The position numbers and the translations under genes are program-made. A stretch of 63,917 bases of DNA, filler included, from a bacterium (GTDB lineage: Bacteria; JBBIVP01): the NCBI GenBank assembly GCA_037439705.1. It is 9 parts of 9 records of this genome, joined end to end, with 100 filler letters (N's around TTAATTAATTAA, not from the genome) between each part and the next. Parts side by side here need not be neighbours in the genome. Positions count along the whole stretch, not along the records: positions 1 to 7,677 come from JBBIVP010000106.1; positions 7,778 to 15,409 come from JBBIVP010000107.1; 7 more parts are not named here. One strand, written 5' to 3'. This document shows positions 1-9,742 of this stretch, in pieces. Position 1 is the stretch's first letter; each line of letters opens with the position of its first letter. The notes beneath the pieces were generated by a model. It did not search any database. It was not told the origin of the DNA and worked only from the letters and a program-made list of their open reading frames with translations.

Positions 1-148
1 CTCCTAAAGTGTCTATACCTAACAGCCATGGAGCTAGAAAGGAAATGGCGATGTCCCGTTAAAGATTGGGCATCAGTTTATGCTCAACTATCTATTCTAT
101 TTGATGATAGGCTATGATAGAATTTACACAAAATTATTCACAAGTGCC
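1..148 (+). mobile_element. 3' end of an IS256-family element: transposase C-terminus (1..117) plus right terminal inverted repeat (~123..148)
   Basis: Frame 1 reads LLKCLYLTAMELERKWRCPVKDWASVYAQLSILFDDRL*, matching the typical IS256 transposase tail. It is followed by TTTACACAAAATTATTCACAAGTGCC, an IS256-type end. Confidence 0.85.
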
Positions 149-149
149 T

Positions 150-188
150 AAAAAATATACAAAAAAACCTCCTTTTAAGAACACTCTT
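150..188 (-). repeat. ~40-bp IS-like terminal sequence, inverted copy of 22776..22815
   Basis: AAAAAATATACAAAAAAACCTCCTTTTAAGAACACTCTT aligns with the reverse complement of 22776..22815 with a few substitutions and one indel. Confidence 0.7.
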
Positions 189-313
189 TAAACCTGAATG
201 CTCGTTTGTGTGAGTGTCCTTAAAGAACAAAGGACCTCATATACACTGGAAAGTTGAGAGGCATAACATGAGGAAGTGATGGAGAGTGTGTTCTAACCTG
301 AAAAGACTTTTCC

Positions 314-341
314 TTGAACCTTTTATAGGTTTTGATAAAAT
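314..341 (+). promoter_or_regulatory. sigma70-type promoter, predicted leaderless start at ATG 349
   Basis: TTGAAC-N16-TAAAAT with an extended -10 TG; 7 nt to the ATG; no Shine-Dalgarno (SD) sequence. Confidence 0.6.
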
Positions 342-348
342 TTTCAAA

Positions 349-2955
349 ATGAAAAGGATAATAGAAATTTTTGGAGTTATTTTTGTCCTCATTCTTTCTT
401 GTGGGGAGGATGAAGAAAAAAAACTGAGAAGAGAGCTTGGTATCCCTGATAATGCAAAAAAGGTTTTAATAGTAGGGCAGAGCAGTCACATAGACCCTGA
501 CTGGATTCTCACACTTGACGAGTATTATGAAAATTTTGTGAGAAGGATAATCCTTTCCTCTCTTGAATTCATATCCCTTTCAAAAAACCATTATTACTCC
601 CTTGCTGAAACACTCCTTTTAAAAAAATTCTATGAAGAAAATCCGCATGGAAAAAGGGATGAACTTGTTTCAAGGATAAAAGAGGGTAGATTTTCTATTC
701 TCGGAGGAGGTTTTTCAACACCTGATACCCTTGTTCCTGATACAGAAGCAATAATTATGAACTATTTTTACGGAATAACATGGCTCAGGGAAAATATATG
801 GGAGGAGATTAAGCCGTTGACAATGTGGCTTCCGGATGATTTTGGGCATTCTCCACTTCTTCCCGAGTTAGTCCAGGCACTCGGTTTTAGATATACAGGA
901 TTCGCAAGAGTTGATGGACTCGGGACTACTCTGGAGGAATTTGGAGACGGAATTAAAAGACCCGAAGGCTCCACAGCAGAAATTCTTGAAAGGGAAAGGG
1001 CGGTTGATTTTATATGGAAGGGAATAAAGGGAGAAATTCTTGCACACTGGATGCCTTTTTCATTTTACTGTCAGGGAGATGATATAGACATAGGGGGTCA
1101 ATCCCTTCCCGGGGGCTTCCTCGGGGTCTATCTTGGCTTTGACAGGGAGTTCACCAATTCAAAAATAAAAGAATATATTGAAAAACTTGAGCCCATAAGT
1201 CCTACTCCTTACATGTTTCTCTCTATAGGATGCGATTATACCCTTCCAAAAAAGAACCTTTATTTATATGCGAAAAGATGGAATGAAGATATGTTTAAGA
1301 AAACAGGTGTATGGGTTGCAGTTGGAACATTTGAAAAATTTATGGAACTTCTTCAATTTCACAGAGATAAACTCAAGGTGTTTTCCTTTGATATAAATCC
1401 ATACTTCATGGGCTTTTATGCCTCAAGGGGGTATCTAAAGGAACTTCACAAAAAGGCAGTTAATTACGCAGTGACTCTTGAATCCTTAAAGGCTTTTCTC
1501 AAACTTCTTGGAGTGGAAGATGATGTTAAAACAGATTGGCTATGGGAAAAGATAGGATTTTCAACCCATCACGATTTTGTAACTGGAACATCGCCATTAA
1601 GGGTTGTAAAAGAAGAACAGATTCCAGTCCTTCAACAGACAATTGATGAAGCGAAAAAGATTTTGAACGAGTTTCTGGAAAAATTGACAGAAAGGGTGAA
1701 TACGAAAGATTTTTCGTTTCCGATTCTTTTTCTGAATCCCTACCCCCAGCCCATTTCCTACTACTTTGAGACAGAGGATGAAAAAGGGATTTTTAAAGAA
1801 AAAACCCTTTATTCTGCGGGAGAAAAAGGATTTATTTATGCTGAAAACGGAAGGATATATGGAGAGATTTTAGAACTCCCATCCCTTGGATACAAAACTT
1901 ATGACCTGAAAATTACTGAGACCACATATCCCTTTAAATTAGACGGTTCTATTCTTTCAACACCTTTCTACAGTGTGGAAATAACTGACGAAATTCCATT
2001 TATAAAATCAATTTCAAAAAATGAAGAGAAGATAATTGAGAGTGCCGGGGTCATAAAGGTTTATCATGATGATGGTGGATTGTGGAGAATGGGACACGAA
2101 ATGAAGGGGTGCGAATTTAAGGAAAAATTTTTTAATGATTCAATTTCAGGAACCCTTTTCCATTTCATAAATCCCCTTACCTCTGTAATTGAAAGTGACA
2201 TTTTTTATCCTGAAAATCAGTTTAAGGTTTCCTTCATATTTTTCAGGAGCCTACCCTATATAAAAGTTCTGGTGAGCGGAAAGGCAAATAAAAGGGAAAC
2301 AATAACACTTTCTCTTAAAATCCCATTCTGCGAAAATGGAGGCTGTCATTTCAAAACAAGCGTTCCTCCGGCATTTTTTGAAAGACCACAACAAAAAATT
2401 TTTAATCCCACATTCTGGTCAGCGAATGGAGGGGTTATTGTTGAGCAAAATGATAAAAAAATCCTTTTGATTTTTAATAGGGCAACAGGCATTAAGTGGG
2501 ACGGAAATGGTATAGTTGAAATAATTACCCACAGAAATGCTCCTTCTGAAAAGTGCGAATCACTCGGGCTTGTAAACGAGGAAACAGGAATTGACCCATA
2601 TTCTCACACCTTTGAGATTACAATACTTCCTGACAATTCTTTTAGCGACGATATGGCTTTATCTCGGGTCCTTTCCCATCACATTCCTCATATATTTGTG
2701 TTTCCATCTGTCAAAAATGGAGATTTGCCTTCTGAAGTTTCCCTCCTTTCCGTCGAAAATTGTGCACCTTCAATTTTCAAAATCTCTGAAAATGAAAAAT
2801 TTTTAATAAGGGCGATAGAATTTGAAAAAGAATGCAAAATCTCAAGAATGACCGAATCCCTTGAATTGGAAATGGAGAAAAATATAAATTCTCTTGAAGA
2901 GGAATGTAAGGAATGCATAAGTATGGTTAAAAACTTTTTATTGAAAAAGAGATGA
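349..2955 (+). CDS. GH38 alpha-mannosidase-like lipoprotein
   Basis: GH38 motifs SHIDPDW, WLPDDFGHS and HHDFVTGTS. Lipobox ILSC follows the ATG at 349, which is preferred over the GTG at 286. Confidence 0.85.
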   Translation: MKRIIEIFGVIFVLILSCGEDEEKKLRRELGIPDNAKKVLIVGQSSHIDPDWILTLDEYYENFVRRIILSSLEFISLSKNHYYSLAETLLLKKFYEENPHGKRDELVSRIKEGRFSILGGGFSTPDTLVPDTEAIIMNYFYGITWLRENIWEEIKPLTMWLPDDFGHSPLLPELVQALGFRYTGFARVDGLGTTLEEFGDGIKRPEGSTAEILERERAVDFIWKGIKGEILAHWMPFSFYCQGDDIDIGGQSLPGGFLGVYLGFDREFTNSKIKEYIEKLEPISPTPYMFLSIGCDYTLPKKNLYLYAKRWNEDMFKKTGVWVAVGTFEKFMELLQFHRDKLKVFSFDINPYFMGFYASRGYLKELHKKAVNYAVTLESLKAFLKLLGVEDDVKTDWLWEKIGFSTHHDFVTGTSPLRVVKEEQIPVLQQTIDEAKKILNEFLEKLTERVNTKDFSFPILFLNPYPQPISYYFETEDEKGIFKEKTLYSAGEKGFIYAENGRIYGEILELPSLGYKTYDLKITETTYPFKLDGSILSTPFYSVEITDEIPFIKSISKNEEKIIESAGVIKVYHDDGGLWRMGHEMKGCEFKEKFFNDSISGTLFHFINPLTSVIESDIFYPENQFKVSFIFFRSLPYIKVLVSGKANKRETITLSLKIPFCENGGCHFKTSVPPAFFERPQQKIFNPTFWSANGGVIVEQNDKKILLIFNRATGIKWDGNGIVEIITHRNAPSEKCESLGLVNEETGIDPYSHTFEITILPDNSFSDDMALSRVLSHHIPHIFVFPSVKNGDLPSEVSLLSVENCAPSIFKISENEKFLIRAIEFEKECKISRMTESLELEMEKNINSLEEECKECISMVKNFLLKKR

Positions 2956-5210
2956 AGGAAAAGAATTTTGTTTTAAAAGCCATAGTTGAAGGAATAATAA
3001 TTCTCTGTCTTATTCTCATTGCCATTTCAAAGAGGTATTTTGAGTTTATATGGTTCAAATTTTTTGTGGTTTACCTTGTATGTGCTATGGGGTGCTTAAT
3101 CGGGATTTACCTGATAGTTTTTAAGAAATGGGATTTCACATTTCGCTACAGAATACTTTTGCCATTCAGTTTTCTTATATTCTTTGCACTTCTGTCTTTT
3201 ATATGGGCATACAACTGGTATAAAGGCTTCAGGCTCGTTATGACATTCAGTGCTGGTGTGGTTCCATTTCTTTTTGTCCTTTTATTCTATCAGCCCGAAA
3301 ATTCGTTTTTGAGAAGAATTCTTTTTGCAATAGCGATTACTTCCACTTTTACCGGATTTTATGGAATAGTTCAGTACCACCATCTGTGTGAGACTTTGAA
3401 TAAAATATCTTTTGATGTCATAGGAATTATCCCTATAAAAAACCCATCTGCTATACCAATGTGTGTTCTTCCGTTAGACCAGTATGGTCAACCGAGCCCA
3501 ATATCCACATTCGGACTTTCCAACTTCGCTGCGGAATATACAATAATGGCTCTTCCAGCAGGATTTGTTCTTTTAATCACAGAAAAAAGCTGGAAAAGAA
3601 TTCTGGCGGGTATTTTCTTCTTAACTCCCCTTTATTATTTACTCATATCAAAAAATAGAGGCGGTTATATGGGATTTCTTTTTTCTTTTGCTTTTGGCAT
3701 AGGGTATATGGTTTTTAAATTTCTTAAAGAAAGAAAGGTTTCTATCATTTGGGTAGCAAAGTACGGCATTCCCTCTTTTATCGCTTTTGCTCTTTTTTTG
3801 GCTTTTCATCCATCTGGGAAATCTGCTGTGAGCAAGTTTCTCACATCCTTTGATTTAAACCATCCAACTGTTCAAACGAGATTGCATGCATGGAAGAGCG
3901 CTTTTGATATGATAAAAGACCATCCTGTTCTTGGCGTTGGAATTGCGAACTATGAAATATATTCCTGGAAATATCAAACCGAAAAACTTGAGAGGATGAC
4001 CCTTGCTACAAACACAAGGGTTGACAAAACTCACAACGAGTATCTTCAGGTTCTTTCTGAACTCGGTATCATAGGATTCCTGCTTTTTATGTGGCTTCTC
4101 TTTGAAATAGGAAGAGCGATATTCAATAGTATTTCAAAAAGAGAAAACATTTTTTATCCCCTTGCTTTTGGAATGGGAATTGTTGCAATACTTGTAGATT
4201 CATTTTTTGCATTTCCGCTTCAATTTCCTGCTACAGTAGTTCATTTTTGGATATACGCTGGAATAATTGTAAAAATAGATTCCACAAAAGATACCCTTAA
4301 AATTGCAGAACCCCTTTATTCATTTTTTGAAAGGATAAAGAAACCCATTGCATTAAGCCTTCTTTCCCTTTTCTTCGTTTGCGTGGTAATTTTTTCCTAT
4401 CTCTCTTTCAATATGGTAGATGCTGAATGGCATTACAGAGCAGGGCAGTTTTTAAAACTTATTCCAAAGATGCGCGCATCTCTTAAGGAATACAATCTTG
4501 CTCAAAAAGCAGAACCCTTCAACGAAAGAACCTATTATGACAGGGCTTTTGTGAAGTGGAAGCTGGGAGATAGAGATGGAGCTATCAAGGATCTCAAAAA
4601 GTGCCTTGATTATGTTCCATACTTCGGAAAGGCGAGGAAGGAATATGCGACGATGCTTTTTGAGGTTGGCAGACAGGAAGATGCCTTACAGGAATTTTTT
4701 AAATCAGCAGAAAATCACTATGTGGCAAGACATCTTATATATTCTTATATCGGAATCATCTATATGAATTTAGGGAATCTGAAAAATGCCCTTGATTATG
4801 CAAGGGAGGCTGAAAAATACCTTCCAGAAAATCCCTCCTTGGAGGACGCACAGGCTTTATTTAACATGGGCACTATATATCTGAGCGCGGGAATGCTGGA
4901 TGAGGGGAAACGATATCTTGAAAAGACAATAGAACTAAACCCAAATGAAACAGGCGCACTTGTAAATCTCGGGGCATATTACCTGAAAAACGGAGATTTT
5001 AAAAATGCGGTTAATTATCTTGAAAAAGCAAAAGAAAAGGGAAATAATTCACCTCATCTGTGGTACAATTTAGGAGTAGCATATTTTAAGAGCGGAAAAA
5101 AAGAATCAGCAAGAGAATTTTTAATGAGAGCGCTATCAATGAGACCAGAATTTATGGAAAAAATAGACCAGGACCCTGAACTGCAAAAACTTATTGAAAA
5201 GGAAAAATGA
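2952..5210 (+). CDS. O-antigen ligase (Wzy_C) family membrane protein with C-terminal TPR repeats
   Basis: Multiple TM helices, SKNRGG, HPVLGVG and HNEYLQVLSELGIIG motifs, then TPR repeats. Confidence 0.85.
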   Translation: MKEKNFVLKAIVEGIIILCLILIAISKRYFEFIWFKFFVVYLVCAMGCLIGIYLIVFKKWDFTFRYRILLPFSFLIFFALLSFIWAYNWYKGFRLVMTFSAGVVPFLFVLLFYQPENSFLRRILFAIAITSTFTGFYGIVQYHHLCETLNKISFDVIGIIPIKNPSAIPMCVLPLDQYGQPSPISTFGLSNFAAEYTIMALPAGFVLLITEKSWKRILAGIFFLTPLYYLLISKNRGGYMGFLFSFAFGIGYMVFKFLKERKVSIIWVAKYGIPSFIAFALFLAFHPSGKSAVSKFLTSFDLNHPTVQTRLHAWKSAFDMIKDHPVLGVGIANYEIYSWKYQTEKLERMTLATNTRVDKTHNEYLQVLSELGIIGFLLFMWLLFEIGRAIFNSISKRENIFYPLAFGMGIVAILVDSFFAFPLQFPATVVHFWIYAGIIVKIDSTKDTLKIAEPLYSFFERIKKPIALSLLSLFFVCVVIFSYLSFNMVDAEWHYRAGQFLKLIPKMRASLKEYNLAQKAEPFNERTYYDRAFVKWKLGDRDGAIKDLKKCLDYVPYFGKARKEYATMLFEVGRQEDALQEFFKSAENHYVARHLIYSYIGIIYMNLGNLKNALDYAREAEKYLPENPSLEDAQALFNMGTIYLSAGMLDEGKRYLEKTIELNPNETGALVNLGAYYLKNGDFKNAVNYLEKAKEKGNNSPHLWYNLGVAYFKSGKKESAREFLMRALSMRPEFMEKIDQDPELQKLIEKEK

Positions 5211-6799
5211 GGTTTTTGATAGTGTTAATTTTTATATCTTTTCTCTCCTGTGCAAAAAAAGAAATTTTGAAAGAGAATTTAAACACGGAAATGGAACAGG
5301 AAACTTCCATTGAGAAAAAAGAGGAATTTCAATTTGAGTCTGAACCTTCAGAAACTCCGATCGAAGAAGTAAATGGAGAGAAATGGGAGATTCAAATTGC
5401 GGATATAATAGATTTGATTGAAGAAGAAGAAAGTGCTGAAAAAATTGACAAAATTATTTCCCTTCATCCTGAATATGATATCCCGATGATAGTTAATGAA
5501 AAGGTGAAGTATTTTATAAAGTACTTTAAAACAGACCAGAGGGAGAGGTTCAAACGATGGCTGGAACGCTCATCAAGATATGTGGATATTATGAAAAAAA
5601 TCCTGAAAGAACATAATCTTCCCCAGGACCTAGTATATCTGGCTTTAATAGAAAGTGGCTTTAATACCCATGCTTATTCAAGAGCTCGTGCTACGGGACC
5701 ATGGCAGTTCATAAAATCAACAGGTAAAAAATATGGTTTGATGGTTGATGCATGGGTGGATGAAAGAAGGGACCCTATAAAATCTACAATTGCTGCTGCA
5801 AAGTATCTTAAAGACCTTTACGATATATTTGGTTCATGGTATCTTGCAGCAGCGGGATATAATGCAGGTGAAAAGAAGATTATTAGAGCGATGAGGAGGG
5901 GAAAAACAAAGGAATTTTGGGAACTCGCGCAGATGAGGTTTCTTAAGAAAGAAACGAAGGATTATGTCCCCAAACTCATAGCAGGAGCAATTATAGCGAA
6001 GAATCCAGAGATATTTGGTTTCAAAGATTTGAATTACGAGGATCCATTCACCTATGAGGTTATAACTTTAAATTTTCCTATAGACCTTTCTCATATACAA
6101 AAGGAATGCGGAATATCTGTGGACGAAATCAAGTTTTACAATCCCGAAATCAGAAAGTGGTTCACACCTCCTGACAGAAGGTCATACGAGTTAAGGGTTC
6201 CAACAGGAAGCGCTCAATCGTGTTATGAAAAATTGAAGTTAATTCCTCCTGAAGAAAGGCTGAGATTTAAAAAGCACATTGTTCAAAGAGGAGAGACAAT
6301 ATCTCTCCTTGCTTATATGTTCAATGTTAAGCCAGAAGAGATAAAGCGATTAAACAGAAATTCAAAATTTATATCTGTTGGAATGGAGATACTTATACCT
6401 GTTCATGAATGGGAAAAACCGAGGAAGGTGGTTTTTTCAAAGAGAGTTAAAAAAAGGTATAAAGAAGTAGAGGTTGAAGGGGCTGAGCGGATTATTTACA
6501 CCGTTCAGAAGGGTGATTCTTTATGGAGCATTGCGAGAAAGTTTGGTGTAAGCCTTTCTGCTATTAAAAGGTGGAATAACATAGATGATAAAATATTTCC
6601 GGGGGACATAATCCTCATACTACTTCCCAAAAAATCTACAGGAAATTTTAGAACTTATACTGTTAAAAATGGTGATACGCTTATAAAAATATCAAAAAAA
6701 TTTAATATTTCAGTTGAAGAATTGAAGAGGATAAACAACCTTAAAACCCATAAAATTTATCCTGGCTTAAAATTAAAAATTCCTGAAAACAAAACATAG
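5207..6799 (+). CDS. mltD: Membrane-bound lytic murein transglycosylase D-like lipoprotein (SLT + 3 LysM)
   Basis: Lipobox FLSC; SLT motifs LIESGF, ATGPWQF and AGYNAG; three LysM domains. Confidence 0.9.
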   Translation: MRFLIVLIFISFLSCAKKEILKENLNTEMEQETSIEKKEEFQFESEPSETPIEEVNGEKWEIQIADIIDLIEEEESAEKIDKIISLHPEYDIPMIVNEKVKYFIKYFKTDQRERFKRWLERSSRYVDIMKKILKEHNLPQDLVYLALIESGFNTHAYSRARATGPWQFIKSTGKKYGLMVDAWVDERRDPIKSTIAAAKYLKDLYDIFGSWYLAAAGYNAGEKKIIRAMRRGKTKEFWELAQMRFLKKETKDYVPKLIAGAIIAKNPEIFGFKDLNYEDPFTYEVITLNFPIDLSHIQKECGISVDEIKFYNPEIRKWFTPPDRRSYELRVPTGSAQSCYEKLKLIPPEERLRFKKHIVQRGETISLLAYMFNVKPEEIKRLNRNSKFISVGMEILIPVHEWEKPRKVVFSKRVKKRYKEVEVEGAERIIYTVQKGDSLWSIARKFGVSLSAIKRWNNIDDKIFPGDIILILLPKKSTGNFRTYTVKNGDTLIKISKKFNISVEELKRINNLKTHKIYPGLKLKIPENKT

Positions 6800-6805
6800 A
6801 AATGG

Positions 6806-6830
6806 TGAGAGGGTTTAAAGAGCCTTCTCA
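6806..6830 (+). terminator. Possible terminator hairpin after mltD
   Basis: TGAGAGGGTT-TAAAG-AGCCTTCTCA forms a 10-bp stem with two G-U pairs; the U tract is weak. Confidence 0.35.
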
Positions 6831-6835
6831 ATTAT

Positions 6836-6904
6836 CTCATAAAATGTCGCAAATGTCCTTAAGTTGTACATTTTGTTGAAATAAAAAAGGAATCGGGTAA
6901 TAAT
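6836..6904 (+). promoter_or_regulatory. gcvPB promoter with upstream shared motifs
   Basis: CTCATAAAATGTCGCA (6836-6851), TAAGTTGTACA (6860-6870), -35 TTGAAA (6876-6881), -10-like AATAAT (6899-6904), ATG at 6911. Confidence 0.55.
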
Positions 6905-6910
6905 TTTTTT

Positions 6911-7677
6911 ATGAAAGAAAGCAGTATCCCACAAAAGTTTTTGAGAAAAAGCCCTCCAAAAATTCCACACCTTTCGGAACCAGAAATTGTTAGATATTAC
7001 ACCAATTTTTCCAGAATGAATTTCAGCGTTGACACCCATTTTTATCCCCTTGGCTCCTGCACAATGAAATACAACCCGAAAATCAACGAAGAAATAGCAA
7101 ATCTCAAAGGATGGACTGAACTTCATCCCTATCAACCAATTGAGACCCTTCAGGGAGCAATGGAGGTTCTTTATCTCGCGGAAAGATATCTTTCCGAGAT
7201 AACAGGGATGCACTCTTTTACATTACAACCAGCAGCGGGGGCACATGGTGAACTTACAGGTATGCTAATCGCTAAGGCTTATTTCAAAGAAAAAGGAATG
7301 GAACATAAAAAGGTCGTTCTTATTCCAGATACTGCCCATGGTACAAATCCGGCAAGCGCAGTCCTTGCAGGATTTACAGTTAAAAATATCGATACTGAAG
7401 GAAAGGGGGTAATAACTCCTGAGGTTCTCAAAAAATACATCACCGAAGAAACTGCTTGTTTAATGATTACAAATCCGAATACGCTTGGACTTTTTGAAAG
7501 ATACATAGAGGACATATCAAAAATTCTTAAAGAAAATTCCTGTCTTCTTTATTGTGACGGAGCAAATATGAATGCACTTTGCGGGAAAACCAGGCCGGGT
7601 GATTGGGGAGTGGATATTCTTCATTTGAACCTTCATAAAACCTTCTCCACCCCCCACGGGGGCGGAGGTCCTGGAGC
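6911..7677 (+). CDS. gcvPB: Glycine dehydrogenase (decarboxylating) subunit 2, 3'-partial at contig end
   Basis: [31 protein letters not shown] and the PLP-lysine motif [18 protein letters not shown]. Confidence 0.95.
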
Positions 7678-7777
7678 NNNNNNNNNNNNNNNNNNNNNNN
7701 NNNNNNNNNNNNNNNNNNNNNTTAATTAATTAANNNNNNNNNNNNNNNNNNNNNNNNNNNNNNNNNNNNNNNNNNNN
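7678..7777. other. Artificial contig linker
   Basis: 44 N + TTAATTAATTAA (stops in all six frames) + 44 N. Confidence 0.98.
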
Positions 7778-7779
7778 AG

Positions 7780-7860
7780 TTTTTCAAAGAGACAGCGAGA
7801 ATCCTTGCAAAGATGGATGAAAGGGCTGAAGAAAGGCATCGGGAACTGCTTGGAAGGTAA
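7780..7860 (+). CDS. 3' fragment of a small coiled-coil hypothetical protein
   Basis: Open from the contig start: FFKETARILAKMDERAEERHRELLGR*. Confidence 0.45.
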   Translation, partial: FFKETARILAKMDERAEERHRELLGR

Positions 7861-7925
7861 AAAACTTATAGTAATATAAAATCCACCATAGTAGATAAAT
7901 ATCACCTAAGTAGCAATGGTTTTAG

Positions 7926-8092
7926 TTGTACTGAATATATAGAATTACAACTCTGTAAGTCCCCCATTTTATTTTTTATCTTTTTAGAGAACGAGATATG
8001 TTGGGAATTGGAGCTTTTCATCCAATTTTACCCCTTTTAACTTAAATCTCCACCCCATTTCCCCCTGGTAACAATGTCTATGTTCTTCTACA
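7926..8092. repeat. Dispersed non-coding repeat, copy A (copy B at 43593..43718)
   Basis: Three identical blocks in the same order: TTGTACTGAA, TTTTATTTTTTATCTTTTTAG and CTGGTAACAATGTCTATGTTCTT. Confidence 0.85.
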
Positions 8093-8102
8093 AAAATTTT
8101 TC

Positions 8103-8132
8103 TTGACATGGACACCAAAATAATTATAAATT
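8103..8132 (+). promoter_or_regulatory. sigma70-type promoter, predicted leaderless GTG 8139
   Basis: TTGACA at 8103; -10 is TATAAA (8125) or TAAATT (8127); start codon 6-8 nt downstream. Confidence 0.55.
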
Positions 8133-8138
8133 CAAAAA

Positions 8139-8420
8139 GTGGAAGTATTAAATGAACTAAAAGGAAAAGTGAAAAGGTGGGTATATTGTAATTTCAGAAA
8201 GAATACGACCATGGAACTTATAGGAAAAAGAAAAGGTGAGTGCCTTCAGTGCGGAAAATGCTGTGAGATACTTTTCAGATGTCCATTTCTGTGGGTAAAA
8301 AATGGAAAAAAAAGATGCCTTATATATCACAATGGAAGACCAAAACAATGTATCTTTTTCCCAATTTTTCAGGAAGACCTGAAATCCGTTGATTACAGAT
8401 GCGGATACAGATTTGAATAA
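8139..8420 (+). CDS. CxxCxxCC (YkgJ-like) cysteine-cluster metal/Fe-S-binding protein
   Basis: ECLQCGKCC...CPFL...CLIY...RPKQCIFFP...CGYRF. Confidence 0.8.
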   Translation: MEVLNELKGKVKRWVYCNFRKNTTMELIGKRKGECLQCGKCCEILFRCPFLWVKNGKKRCLIYHNGRPKQCIFFPIFQEDLKSVDYRCGYRFE

Positions 8421-8425
8421 AACCA

Positions 8426-9742
8426 ATGTTCAGGAAAAATCCCTGGATTATATTTATTCTCTCTTATGTTATCTTGATTCTAATAGGCGCATTCCTGCTA
8501 TTTTTACCATTTTCCCACTACGGAAAAATTTCGTTTACAGATGCTGTTTTTACTGCAACTTCTGCAGTAAGTGTAACCGGTCTGACAGTTCTTGATACGA
8601 GAAAGGACTTCACAAGAACAGGACAGATAATAATCCTAATTCTCATTCAGATAGGCGGGGTGGGCATAATGACCTTTGTTATTGCCACAGCCATTCTTTT
8701 GAGGAGGAAACTGGGAATAGGAATAAAAGAAATAATGAGTGAAGAATATGTGGGAAAACTGGATGACCCGAGGAAAATTATAAAGAGGGTCTTAATCTAT
8801 ACATTTTCCATTGAATTTTTTGGATTTCTCTTCATATTATTATCATTAAGAGGCTCAAATGTGGAATCAAAGGTATTTACCGCCATATTTCACTCCATTT
8901 CCGCGTTCTGTAATGCTGGATTCTCAACCTTCTCTGAAGGTCTTACAGGCTTTAAAAACAATTACTGGCTTTTACTCTCCTTCTCTATTCTTATATTCTT
9001 GGGAGGAATAGGTTTAATAACCGGTGAAGAAATTTTTGAGAGATTAATAAAAAGAAATAAACACCTTTCTCTTAATGCAAAAATTTCCTTATCCGGATCC
9101 GGAATCCTGATAACCATCGGGACAATTTTTATTTTTATTGGAGAGATAAAAAGGTGGAATGCCGGGATTTTTTCCTTGCTCATAAACTCATTCTTTCAGG
9201 CAGTTACTCCAAGAACAGCCGGTTTTAATTCAATGAAAATATCAGAAATAAGTGGACTTTCAGCCTTCATAATCTGGATTCTGATGATAATTGGAACGAG
9301 CTCTGGTTCATGCGGGGGTGGAATGAAAGTGAACACAATTGGAACTATATTTTCATACATAAAAGGACGGTTAAGCGGTTTTAAGGATGCTTCTATATTC
9401 GGAAGAACAATAGGAAATGGAATTGTTGAAAAAGCAATTTCAATTTTTGCATTTTATATAACTGTTCTCCTTTCTGGCACCTTATTGTTGTTATGGATAG
9501 AATCTGAAAACCTGGCGGGAACCTCAATCTTTCCTGTAATTTTTGAAGCCACCTCCGCACTTGGCACAGTGGGACTCAGTTTTGGAATTACACCTAATTT
9601 AAGTACAGGTGGAAAAATTGTTATAATACTCTTAATGCTGATCGGGAAAATAGGTATTTATTCCTTCATATTTGGATTTCTTATGAGAAAAAGAGAGGAA
9701 AAACACTATACATTCCCAAAAGAAGATATCCTGGTGGGATGA
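8426..9742 (+). CDS. ktrB: Ktr/Trk potassium uptake membrane subunit (KtrB/TrkH)
   Basis: Four pore motifs: SAVSVTGL, SAFCNAGF, TPRTAGF and SALGTVGL. Confidence 0.9.
   Translation: MFRKNPWIIFILSYVILILIGAFLLFLPFSHYGKISFTDAVFTATSAVSVTGLTVLDTRKDFTRTGQIIILILIQIGGVGIMTFVIATAILLRRKLGIGIKEIMSEEYVGKLDDPRKIIKRVLIYTFSIEFFGFLFILLSLRGSNVESKVFTAIFHSISAFCNAGFSTFSEGLTGFKNNYWLLLSFSILIFLGGIGLITGEEIFERLIKRNKHLSLNAKISLSGSGILITIGTIFIFIGEIKRWNAGIFSLLINSFFQAVTPRTAGFNSMKISEISGLSAFIIWILMIIGTSSGSCGGGMKVNTIGTIFSYIKGRLSGFKDASIFGRTIGNGIVEKAISIFAFYITVLLSGTLLLLWIESENLAGTSIFPVIFEATSALGTVGLSFGITPNLSTGGKIVIILLMLIGKIGIYSFIFGFLMRKREEKHYTFPKEDILVG

Noticed and set aside
189-300. Possible decayed transposase fragment (…KVERHN…)
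   Set aside because: Too short and frame-broken to assign to any family.
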